A stretch of DNA of 41,900 bases, taken from contig MCFE01000726.1 of NCBI GenBank assembly GCA_002104905.1, positions 1-41,900 on the forward strand. Reading direction: 5' to 3'. The DNA comes from Basidiobolus meristosporus CBS 931.73. Lineage: Eukaryota; Fungi; Basidiobolomycota. Under the pieces are notes generated by a model. The model was not told the DNA's origin and did not search any database. It was given only the letters and a program-made list of their open reading frames with translations. Both the position numbers and the translations under genes were made by a program. Below, in pieces: positions 11,863-23,500 of this stretch; within the stretch, counting starts at the first letter, position 1; every line of letters begins with the position of its first letter.

Positions 11863-12546
11863 ATGAAGTACGTACTTTTCTCGATTCTCATCTTTCTCTT
11901 GATCTCGTGGGCTACTGTAAATGGGGATCTGGCTATCACCTCACCGATTGAAGGAACGCGCTGGAGGACCGGCGAGCCTGCGACGATTTTCTGGCATGAG
12001 CTCCCCAACACCAGGCCTACCAGAGGCCCTATCAACATTGGCCTGACATCTGGACCGACGCATAACCTAGTGTTGGTGGCACCAATAGCAGTTGAGGTTG
12101 ACCCATCTATTGGTGCCTACACGTGGACAGTTCCAACGGAGATTGTTCCAGGTGTTCGTTTCTCAGTTCGCATTGGTGCTGCTCCCAATTGGTCCTACAG
12201 CCATTACTTCACCATTGAAAAGGGCGCACTACCTTCAGAGCAGCCCTATGCTGCAGGAGCCCCACCGCAGCAACCACAGTTCCCAGTACAAAACAACCCC
12301 GAGCCAGCTGCGTATTCCCCTCCCATCTACGAAGGCACTCCACCAGCACCAGCACCAGCACCGGCACCGGCACCGGCAGCCGCACCACCTTCTCCGCCAG
12401 ATCAACCACCTACTGAGCCATCGACCGAAGAGTTCGCAGACCAAGAAGATCAGCCCGAACATTTCGTTGATCCAGGAGAACCTCCGATCACTCTGGATAT
12501 GGACGAGGCTTATGGGGAGGACTATGATGCTCTGCTTAATGGATGA
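11863..12546 (+). CDS. Secreted protein with Kre9/Knh1-like N-terminal Ig-like domain (Ser-Thr-rich GPI-anchored family domain) and Pro/acidic tail
   Basis: 227 aa. Signal peptide, then ITSPIEGTRWRTGEPATIFW...INIGL...GAYTWTVP...YSHYFTI; PA repeats; acidic C-terminus. Confidence 0.8.
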   Translation: MKYVLFSILIFLLISWATVNGDLAITSPIEGTRWRTGEPATIFWHELPNTRPTRGPINIGLTSGPTHNLVLVAPIAVEVDPSIGAYTWTVPTEIVPGVRFSVRIGAAPNWSYSHYFTIEKGALPSEQPYAAGAPPQQPQFPVQNNPEPAAYSPPIYEGTPPAPAPAPAPAPAAAPPSPPDQPPTEPSTEEFADQEDQPEHFVDPGEPPITLDMDEAYGEDYDALLNG

Positions 12547-12848
12547 GATTTATTGCAGCCGTTCCTTTGGCGCTTCAACGAACAATAGACTCAAAATACA
12601 AAGGAATGTGAGACAAGTTGTATATTTTCATTCTCTCCACCTTCGCACTCCCTCGGGCCCCTTGAATACCCTAGCTATCTATTCGATTTCTTATAGATAA
12701 TATATAAATATCAAACCATTCGGATGTAGTCAAAATGGGTGTCCGTGTGAGGGTTGGGCAATATATATAGTTCGTGGGCCCACCCTTCGGTCGACAAGAA
12801 ACGTGAAGGAAAATTTCGTCGATCGATCAGAGGATAAGACGGATGTGC

Positions 12849-15268
12849 TTAACGGTTCCATAGATGCGATGGTCGATGGGTCTTATTCTTGGCAAAGTAC
12901 AGGCCACATGCATTGCACAGCTTGGTATCTGGTGTTTCACCAGCTCTCCAGCCGGGTGTGTCTGACGTCCCACAGTTGGCGCACTTGAGTTGCGGCTTGT
13001 CCGGATCGTGTCGTTTGTTGGGCTTGTGAGTCTTGGTCGGGGTGGGACTAGCACTCGGGGGTTTGGCGATGCGCGGTGCAACCTTGATGCTAGCCGGTGT
13101 GGTTGGGAGGCCTTGTACGGTGCGCGACATGGAAATGGGCGACACTACTGAAGCGCCAAGGCGTAATATGGGTCTCTGGGTTGAGATTTCGGAGGTTGGC
13201 GCACAACGTGCTAATTGGAATAGCCTTATGCGAAGCTCCTCCTGTAGTGTGTCCTTGTTTTGTGGCATGGTGGCATTGGTACTTTCCGAGGTGGATGGCT
13301 GTGCCAGGCCATTTGGCGCGCTATTGGTCGTGGACGGTGCCAAGTTCGGAGCAGACTGGGTCAGAGCATCTGAGGGCAACTCAGGCTCACTTGCGGTGAC
13401 TATCACGCCAGCCCCAACCCCCTTGACAGCGTCATCTGCTGGGCTCTCTGTGGTGGCGGCTGAGGTCGAGGTTGAGTTTGGAGGAGACGAGACAAGTTTC
13501 TGAATAGCCTCCTTATTTTTGTCTAAAGCCGATTGTAACGCGCCCTGATCTATTCTAGTGGAAAAAACCTCGGGCTGTTTCCAGTCGCTGTCTTTAAACA
13601 AGACGTCCAAATCAATCACCTGCTTTCTCCATTGCTCAAGCTCGCTTATTTCTTGTCGTAGCTTGGGTAGTCGTTCCAGTCGTCGAATCTCCTCCGATAC
13701 GTTCACTCGACCGAGGTCGGTTTCTACCTCCTCTTTATCGAGCTTCCTCTCCATGGCTTCCTGGACTTTGTTGGCGACCTTGTGTGCACCCTTGGTTAAT
13801 TTGTCCAGTGTGGTTTGGCAGTAATCGTCAAGATCCCCTCCCACGTCTTTCAGAAACTCTTGGATGCTTTGTGAATAGGCAAAGCCTCGTTCGTCTCCGT
13901 AGGTGTTGAACAGGAAGTTGGATCTCTCGTTGCTCACCGGAGGCGGCGCAGGCCCGAGGGTAGCAAAGGGTCCATAGTCCAGGAACGAGGCACGTTTAAA
14001 TACGTTTTCGGTGAACGGGTTGCTGAAGCTCGTGATCACCGTCAGATTAGGCACTTCCGGGCAGACAGAGGCCTGTGGTATAAAGGAGTCAAGGTCCGCA
14101 CCTAGTGAAAACCAAAATGCCGCTTAGAGTTGGGGATGTTACGTGACCATATTCACTCTTTCTTACCTGGATCCAGACTTCCATCTCCCCTGAAAGAATA
14201 CTTGAATTGACCATCAAATAGCCTCTTCGGGATCGCGCTCTTGGCGCTTGGCTTCCTTCCTCTTTGTGCGGGAACCTTCATCGGGGTTTGGGATCTTGAG
14301 CTCTCGGCAGCAGTAGCTCCAGCTTCGTGGTGGGCTCGTGTAATATCCATGGGAGTATGGTTGGAGTCAGTGGCCCTATTTCCATGATTCTCATGCATCA
14401 AACCCTCCACATCTACATCGTCCTCTAACTTCGGGCTGATCCGCTCCACCACTACGTTGGGTCTTTCTTTTTCGATGGCCCGCAGCCCGTACTGCCAGAT
14501 CTTGTGCGCGCTCTTGTAGTAAAGAGTCTCGGGGGCGTTATACGTCTTCGCGTTGTTGCACACCAGCTCAAAATCCAACTTGAACTCATCCAAGGATCGG
14601 TAAAATCTCTTCTCAATCTTCTTGCGTATGGTGCCGAAATCCATGGGATTTTTGATGATCTCCCTGTAATCCGTTACAACACTGGTGTCCACCGGCTCCA
14701 AAAAGAACCCGTAAGCGTCTTTTTTGATGAATGACTCTAGAAGCTTGTGTAGTGTGGAACTCAATTCCTTGGGCTTCGCTGATTGACCATGCTTGTTGGA
14801 CACAGGGCTCCCGAGCGCCTTGTTGTGGCCGGATTTCAGCACTATCTTTGTGTGCACGCCATTCTTGTCTGGGCTCTGCGAAGAGACCAATGAAGCGCTG
14901 CTGTGAATATCGTTGGAGGATTTTCGCCGTTTGAACATGGATTCGGATGGCTCTTCTTTGACATCAATCAGGCTGTTCTTTCGCCGATCGACACCACTGT
15001 CGAGATCGTCCTCGTCACTCTCGCTGGAACTCCTCTCCACCAGAGTTAGCTTTCGCTTTTTCCCCGATCCGTAAGAGGGGGCCTCTGAATACACCTCGGT
15101 CGAAGCTCTCTCCTCTTCCTCCTCTTCATCTGACCAAAAACTACTCACATCGGACAGGTCGGAATTCTTGGAGCTTTGTTCGGAATGTTCGGTAGCAACG
15201 CTCTTGGCGGCCGGCACCTTCAAGGATATCTTCAGCCTTTTGGGGGTCGCTTCTTCTAAAAATGTCAT
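12849..15268 (-). CDS. BRD7/BRD9-like bromodomain protein with C-terminal GATA-type zinc finger (single two-exon gene)
   Basis: Exons 15268-14167 and 14101-12849; a 65-nt GT-AG intron joins the two track ORFs in frame (784 aa). Bromodomain KKDAYGFFLEPVD...IIKNPMDFGTI...NAKTYNAPETLYY. BRD7/9-like region LDYGPFATL...TYGDERGFAYSQSIQEF...LDKLTKGAH. C-X2-C-X18-C-X2-C finger CANCGTSDTPGWRAGETPDTKLCNAC. Confidence 0.82.
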
Positions 15269-15790
15269 GGCGCGAACCGAAGGGTTGGAGGTGGGCAAGA
15301 AGTATAGACAGGAAAGCAAAATAACCGAGATTAGTTGGACGTGACAAACAGTGGCAAATCTTCAGTACGTCTATTCGAGGGCAAAGGGTATCAAGGATGG
15401 AAGAAATTCAAGCAAGGGCCACGCGTAGAAACTGAAGGGACATGAAAGAGGCAAGAAGGGAGCGTGAGGGTGCACGCGGTGGCTTTCGGAGTGGGTGAAG
15501 TGTCCCTTTCTGGAATAATAAGAAAAAACTTACTTTTGGAGCGCATATTTTGATTGATTGATTTTTCTTGTGCACTATTCCTCTATTCTGTTTTCTTCAA
15601 GAGATTTCTCGATTACCCCCTTCTCTCTACAAACCCATAAATCTCCCATTTTCCGCGGGATCACGTGTTGCGGGTTCCTCCTCGCTTTTTTTCTCTTATT
15701 TATATCAGCCGGCTATTTTCCAATCCTCAGCTCACATTACGTCTCAGCTAGCCAATCAATTCCATATGAGGCAGTGGTCGCGTTTGGCCA

Positions 15791-15808
15791 TATATATATA
15801 TATATATA
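15791..15808. repeat. (TA)9 microsatellite
   Basis: TATATATATATATATATA between the bromodomain gene 5' end and the ARF1 3' end. Confidence 0.9.
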
Positions 15809-15976
15809 ATAGCTTATTGGTATATACAACAGATATGTATATTGTGATGTTTTGTGGTCATTATTTCGCGGGACAAGGGAGAAGACACATACAAGCACCC
15901 AGATCGCAATCTGTGGCCTATGATACCAAAGGAGGTAAAGGGTATCTACTTAAGAACCAGTAAACCGTAACAATCT

Positions 15977-16711
<735 letters not shown>

Positions 16712-17026
16712 TCACTATCAGAGTGGCGTGATATGCTAGGGGGAGAGGGGGGCAGACGTGGATAGCCCTGATACGCCAGGAGCTTTCCAAGCATGTAGCA
16801 TAGGTTTGATTTGGGGACAGATGGGCATCTGATCACTGTGATGTACAGAAGAGCATCTGATCTTTATGATGTGCGATGAATGTTGATGTTTATTGTAATC
16901 GGTCAGATGAGGCAGTCACAGACCTATCACGTCACGTGACTACATATATATCACTGAATTGATCTATGCGTGAGAACAGCTGCTGGTACAGGCTGTGAAT
17001 GGCTAGTGTGGGGATTTCCATCATGT

Positions 17027-18745
17027 TCACAGGTCCTCTTCATCACTGGAGGCCATCCATGACCTCGATTGATAGGAGTCAGGTGTGGGGGCCGATCTTT
17101 CAAACGCTTGATCAACGCAGTTGCTACTTCTACGTTTGCGAGCATCGGCTCGGTAACGCTCATTTTCGGACTGTAGCTCCAAAACACGATCCATCAGATG
17201 GTGATTCTCTTCAACGAGGTAGCTTATGCGGTTCACAAAGCCATCAAGGGTGAACTTCTCCTCTTCCTCGTCGTCAGCATAGGTATGATTTGGCGAGTAG
17301 TTAGGGCACAATGCAAACAACTGCCGCAGAGTGTCTTTGACATCTTCATTCTCCTCCCGAAGCAAGTCGATGTCCCGAATAGACTCTTCCAGCTGGCTGC
17401 GCAAGTTGTGCACTCCCTTATCTTCTAGACCAGATTCCGGATTTTGGCTAGACGTGCGTTGCAATGCCTCTATTTGGTTGGCTAGTTCATTGCGTAATGA
17501 TCTCTCTTTTTCGAGCTCAATTCTGTACCGTTCTTTCTCAACAATGGCGTTTTTCAACGAGGAACGAACGAGCTCATTAACTCGCGGGTTATCCACATCT
17601 GTAGCGGCAGACTTCCTTTCGTAGTCGACTATCTTGTCTTGTGCGTGTTGTAGCTCAGTCTTCAGAGAGTTGACTTGTTCGGTCAGCTGATGGATGGTTT
17701 CGTCTTTCCCCGATTGCCACGAGTATCTGTGATCTACAGAGTACCAAGATTTACGCTCACGGTTCATCACATCGCTGTAGTCCACCGAATTCCGAACCTC
17801 ATCTCTCGAGTCCATGATGGCGTCCAGCTTGGAGCTCATCTCGGTCAATTGCGTTTTCAATATGGATATCGCATCGTTTTCTGAATGGCTGCTTGGCTGT
17901 GCTTTGGGGGCGGGGTTTTTGTTCTGGAACGATTGGCCCAGAACTGCCGCCGTGTGCTCGAGTAGTTTTTGGTGAATGTAGTTTGTGCTTTGGGAAAGCC
18001 GCCAGATTTCTGAGGATAGTTGACCTACTCGCCTCTCTGAGCTCTCGAACTGATCACGTGCTTGCCTGCAAAGTTTCTTGTCTTTTTGAGCTCGAACCAA
18101 AGTAGCGGCGCCGTCTCTTAACCTCATTTCACTCTTCAGCTTGATTTTTAGACTTTCAATGGTTTGTTTTTGCTTTTCGAATTCCTAACAGAATCGATCG
18201 CGAGGAAGGTAGGGGTTAGAGGGGTTATGGCATATCGTGGGAAGTGAACACAAACCTCCTTGGATAGTATGTATTCGTTCCAGGGAAAGGGGCGAATTTC
18301 TGAATCTCAGACAAGGCCTCCTCCAGCAATTTTTCCATGTTCTCTGGGCTCTCTTCCTCAATAGGAAGTGGGTTCCCGATGCTCTTTGCTTTTTCCTCAA
18401 AATTCTCCAGTAGGACCCCAATCGAAGGCCTAGGGGATTTGTCAAAGTTTCTCCGAGTCCTCACCGACGCGGCCGATTTCTCTATGCCATTGAGAGTCGC
18501 AATTCTACTCCGAAACTTCTCATATTCAAGCGCAGGGGGAGCTTCTGGTGTATTAGCCACTGGTTGCTGTTGGGTTTTCTTAGTGTTACGAAAAAGGGAA
18601 GTTACCGGGCTGACCAGGTTGGAGACCTTAATGTGATCTTGAAAACCTAGGAGGTAAGCAAATTGAATATCATCCCGAAGACCACTCCGCCCCGACACTT
18701 ACTGAAACGTTTACGCTCTGGCGTTGCGGGAACGGCTGCGTCCAT
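17027..18745 (-). CDS. Uds1-type domain coiled-coil protein, paralog 2 (apparent 1-nt frameshift near 18290; possible pseudogene or assembly error)
   Basis: Exons 18745-18703, 18646-18256, 18184-17027. Same two intron positions and phases as paralog 1 and shared motifs (PERKRFS, VSNLVSPVTSLF, PRPSIGVLLENF, MRLRDGAATL, KLLEHTAAVL). Exons 1+2 sum to 434 nt, one short of the phase-0 junction. Confidence 0.72.
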
Positions 18746-19266
18746 GTGGATAGCACTGAAGCGAGTAGGCTGAGAGATGGTTAGGCTTGGAAAGGCATTC
18801 TTGTACTCGGTGATGCGGATTCCTCCAAATATTGATTTTCCACTAAGGATCAGATCCAGGATTGCGAGCTCACCAATGTAAACAAAGAAAATCCTGGCAA
18901 CTGTCTAGATGGATCAGCCAACGAACCACAAACAAGTAAATCCCCCTTATTTGAGGAAAGATCCGGTTTTTTTCCCAAGAAATCCCATTGTTTTCCTGAC
19001 AACCATCCTGAAACTGGTGAAGTGCGCTTTATTCATTTCACTGACACTTGGGAATCTTGGGTTTCTCCCAATTGTCAACAGACTGTTTGTTGATTGGCGT
19101 TGGTCTGATTTACCTTTATTGTCCTGGTGATGGATCGTTCGGCCATCGTCCTAGTGTTGGCCATTGGTGTCACACTATAATTATGTCATGTGCTCAGTTA
19201 CTAGTCTAAACGTAGATTAAACTTCATGCTATATATCGTTGTACAAATGATGGGGGGCGGGGGTAT

Positions 19267-20805
19267 TTACTGTAGGAAGCAGCCAGGTTCTTTGATTTTC
19301 TTCTTGGCATCGCAGTGTGGCATTGAAGAGTGATGTCTCTCGACCTCGTGGTCTTTCTGGACTGGAGTTTCAGGGAGTGATGAACAAACGAGTTGATAGA
19401 GGAACAGGTACCCGTTCTCTGACATGTCGTCAAAACACTTGGCCATGGGATACTTTCTAATTCTACGATGGCCGTACTCGAGATCATCGTGCTTGTACCA
19501 GGTGGTCGAGTCATCAAGGCTGACGGAGTAGGAAATGTAATGTCCTGACGACAGGCTGCTTCCCAGGTGGCATACTGCCGACTTCAGGACCAGGGTGTAT
19601 TTGATAGGCGCAGCGCCCGGTTGCAGACCAACAAAATTACTGAAGTCTATTAGAGGTGGGATGATTACGCGACGGTTGATCCGCGTCGGGTTCCCATCGT
19701 GGTCGAGAGTGTAGCGCTTAAGCGTAAGTGGGACGATCATGGTGTGCTCAGGGAAGTCCGCCGATTCTGCCGGTAAGTTCGCCCCCAGTTCGTTCTGTGG
19801 CGAATAAAAGGGAAGTAGCTCCATCACTGACCACGCGTCGACGCTTTCCTCGCGACCGAGTTTCGTTACGTTTCGACGAAGCCCTGTCACCTTGTTGTTG
19901 TAGAAATGGTTGACCAGGACATTCTCCAACAGTAGGGGTCGCGTAGGATCTTGTAACTCTTGACTTGGAATCGGCAGTTGGAATATACGCTCGGTAATGA
20001 TCCTCATGTCGTCCGCTTCGGTGTCACCATCGTGGTGAAGCTTCACGCCCAAGGGCAAAAAGGGCAGCTCGAAGTTCTCCATAAGGAACAGCAGTAGTTC
20101 ACTGGCATCCTCCTGGGTCGGCTGGGTCTGGCAAGATCCCCCGAATTCCTCGGAAATACCCCCGTTCCATCCGCAAGCATCCAAATCACTCCGAATCATT
20201 TCCACCACGATCTTACTGATATGCGTTCCGGAGCGCAGCAAGTTTACATACAGGCGGCAGACTGTTTGAAGATGAAGCACTGTTTCAGAGGAAATTTGGC
20301 GGCGATGCAGCAAACCATCGTAGCATGAGTGGGTTCCAAACATCGCGAACAATAGACTGTCTGCGGTCCGCAGGATTAGCAAGGGTCAGGGGGGGGGAGT
20401 GGATAGTGTGCCTACCAATATAACAGCTAGTGCCGAGGGAATTTTTCGGGCCCTTGAATTGGATGTTTCGTTTGACTGGTACCAGTATGCCATCCGAGGC
20501 TTTCAGATACTCATTAAAGAAACCGATTGCATCATCGACGATCCATCGGCACTTTATTAGCACTCGCTCCAGTTCGCTCACTGGGAGCGAATGGCCGTTC
20601 TTGTGCAAGTATGCGCCCACTACAGACAAATCAAAGAAACGTTAGATCAGTCCTCGCTCCAAGACGCGCACGGCACCCGGGTACCTTTGGCAAGCTTCAA
20701 TTCATGTCTAAAATCTCTAGACACTGGGTCAAGCCCCAGCACATGCCACATTTTATTGGGCTTCGGTTTTTTGATCGGTTGATTAGGGTGTGTTAAAGAT
20801 GTCAT
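19267..20805 (-). CDS. Ubiquitin-specific protease (USP/C19 family) with small N-terminal UBA-like helical segment
   Basis: Exons 20805-20685, 20619-20416, 20360-19267 (472 aa). Cys box NSLGTSCYIDSLLFAMF, QEDASELLLFL, His box CHLGSSLSSGHYISY and YKHDD. Start codon uncertain. Confidence 0.82.
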
Positions 20806-21188
20806 TTCGGCAAGTGTCTCATATTGGGAGAAGCCAGAGAGCTGTTCGCGACCTTGATTTATAGGCGCTCCGTGTGGTGCCAAGCCAATAGCAACATCCA
20901 ACCCATCTAGCCATTCCGGGCTATCAGGGAAAAGGATAGGTTGCCATTTCCTTTTTGGCCACGCTTATTGGATCACAGTTGTCGACCAAAATAGGCTCCT
21001 ACTTGCTAGAAAGAGCTTAGATGCTGGTGGACTGAGATTAAACCTCATGGCTAACCGGGTTAGAAATTCCGGCTAAATATTGGCATCTATTCTTTTCCGA
21101 CCATGCGGCAGGCGAATGATATCCTTTTAATTATATGTACAGGATTTGGTAACGCGGAGTTGCTGGAACCGCGGGCATTTGGGTCAAA

Positions 21189-23257
21189 CTACGTGCACGA
21201 CGGTGCATCTTCGGGGAGGGTCAGGTTAAGCACGATTGACAGTATCCCTGCCAAAATATACCCGGTTGAAGCAATGGTCTCAAGCGCCTCGTAGAACCCA
21301 GATAACGCCACATTCGTGGTGGCTGGTAAAACGTGGCTAAACCAGCCAGGCACAAGCTCCACTCCCAATGCCAATGCCAAAGAGGCAGCCACGATGATGC
21401 GATCCCTGCGCGTCCAGTCCAGGTAGGCGAGTATACGGATGCCTGAGGTTGCAACGGAAGAGAACAGTAGGGTGGTCATGCCGCCCATGACTGGCGAGGG
21501 AATTGCCAAAAATGCGCCCGAAATTTTGGCGAACATTCCGCAGATGATCAGCAGCCCTGCACAAACATAGCCGGCCACCCGGGATGCACATCGAGTGACC
21601 GCAATGACACCATTATTTTGACTGAACGTAACCACTCCCATGGATGTGGCTGCTCCGCTGAGTACGCCGGACAGCCCGTCAGCTAGTAGGCCGCCTTGCA
21701 TTCGGGAGTCGAAATCTGGCCCCTCGACCGCAATTCCAGAAACATCACAGCTAGCCGTGAGATCGCCTATACATTCGATCAGAAAGTCAACATAGACAAA
21801 CAAAAGTGGGATGACTCCTGGCCCGTAGACCGAGAGCTTGAACGTTTTGACCCAGAGGAAGGTGACGATGGGTGCGCTTTGAATGCTGGACGAATCAAAC
21901 ATGCCGACTGCTCCTCCGATAGCGCATCCTATTTTGGGCAATTAGTAATCGTAGCGATGAATGGGATCCACTTTCATTACCAACTGCAAGTCCAATCACG
22001 ACCGCGATATTCTTCAAAAAGATGGAGCCGACCATCTCGACCACGATGATGGTCACGAACACACTCGCACCAAGACCAATATAGGCCGGTGACCCCCATG
22101 GGAAGCTGCTCGGTGCTTCGGTAGTCGGACATTTGCTGAACATCCCGGTGTCCGGACGAGCGGAGCATGGGCCAGTTCCACCCGCCCAGTTCTGCATGCC
22201 TGATATAATAAGCGAGGCCCCTATCACCGTCAGAACAACGCCGGTGACGATTTTGGGGAAGATTCGTCTCATCACACGCGAAGGCAGAAAGCTAATGGAA
22301 ATGGAAATCGCCGCGCAGAGCATCTATACAATGTCGTCATCAACCTCCGCTATTTTCATCGGCAGCCTCGACTACTTACCTGGGTTCCCAGAATGGCCCC
22401 GAATGCGTCAGGACATGGGTGATAAAGATATGTTCCGTCGGACTGGAGCTCTCTGGCGCATGACCCATTCTTATACATTGACCCGATGATTGCTTGTGCG
22501 GCGGGGATGTTAGAGAAAGCTACGCCGGTGATCTGAAGTAGTCTGCTAGCGGGGTGAATACCAATTCTCAGAGAACCAAGAGGAATGAGAAGTACCCTGC
22601 TCCTATGAAGTATTTGGTTCTCGGGATGCGGAAGCGAACGATTTGGATAATACTAGAGCGCCTTAGTTAAATCAGGTCAATTCTTATGGTGTCATAGCGC
22701 ATTACCTCATCAGACCCGACATCTGGAGCAAGATGCTGGTCAGCTTTACGCAGGGAAGAATATGTTGTGACAAGGAACCTTACCATCAATGATGCAGAGA
22801 TCATGTAGGAACGCGTCTCCTGGTCCAAATTCAAGAAGGTCTCTCCTGCACCGCTGATCATGATTGTGGGACTAATGATGCCTCCGATAACGGCCAAGAA
22901 ATCTACAGGTGCGTGGATTAGTCGGATTACTGGGGAGGTTGCTCAATGATTTCGATTTACGTTGGAGGCCCATCAGTAGGGCTACAGATATGGGAATTTC
23001 ATCATCTGGTCCGAAGAATGGAGACGTATTGACCTGGTTGCGTTGGAGGAATGGGATCCGTGGCATACTGAAGTCACGTTAACACAAAGTGTCCAGATGG
23101 ATAATGTTTCGAACCGTTACCAAAGTGCACCATAGTCATATTCTCCAAACCACCCTCGACGACTCGTAACCTTCTCGACCAATGTCAACTTCAGCGGGTA
23201 GTTGAGAGACAAGTCTGATTCCTTTTCCAAGGCCATGTGTTTGATATCGTCTACCAT
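21189..23257 (-). CDS. NCS2/NAT-family purine permease, UapA/UapC-like (xanthine/uric acid type), multi-intron
   Basis: N-terminus WFGEYDYGAL|CMPRIPF...PFFGPDDEIPISVALLMGLQ(H). TM8 LIECIGDLTA. NAT signature FSQNNGVIAVTR (~21591-21626), matching UapA FAQNNGVIALTR. Internal exons and the 3' end not all resolved. Confidence 0.92.
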
Positions 23258-23500
23258 GTTGTATAGCGTGGAGAGGTGTTGGTGGAGGTTTTTATGCAGA
23301 AATTCCCTTCCCTTATCTTTAATTTGGTTGAAGGGAACGGGGAAATACTGGTAATGGTGCTACCCCGACCGGTTTCCAGTGGAATGATAGAGAATCGACA
23401 CCCAGATAAAACCCATCTTATCTCGGATCGTCTACATGGGAATCCGGGGAATATAAATTCGATTTTCCGGTTGCATCCTTTACCTCGTCATTGTATAAGA
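23258..23500. promoter_or_regulatory. Divergent promoter between permease and deaminase 1, with four HGATAR sites and a TATA box
   Basis: TTATCT 23313-23318, TGATAG 23385-23390, AGATAA 23404-23409, TTATCT 23418-23423; TATAAA 23452-23457. Confidence 0.55.

Noticed and set aside
12849-13000. Local GATA-finger protein as the regulator of the permease/deaminase GATA sites
   Set aside because: Only proximity supports it. The finger is an X18 type attached to a chromatin protein, not an AreA-like X17 factor.
16927-16940. TCACGTCACGTGAC E-box-like palindrome upstream of ARF1 (similar CACGTG at ~15662)
   Set aside because: Isolated short motifs; cannot be distinguished from chance without conservation data.
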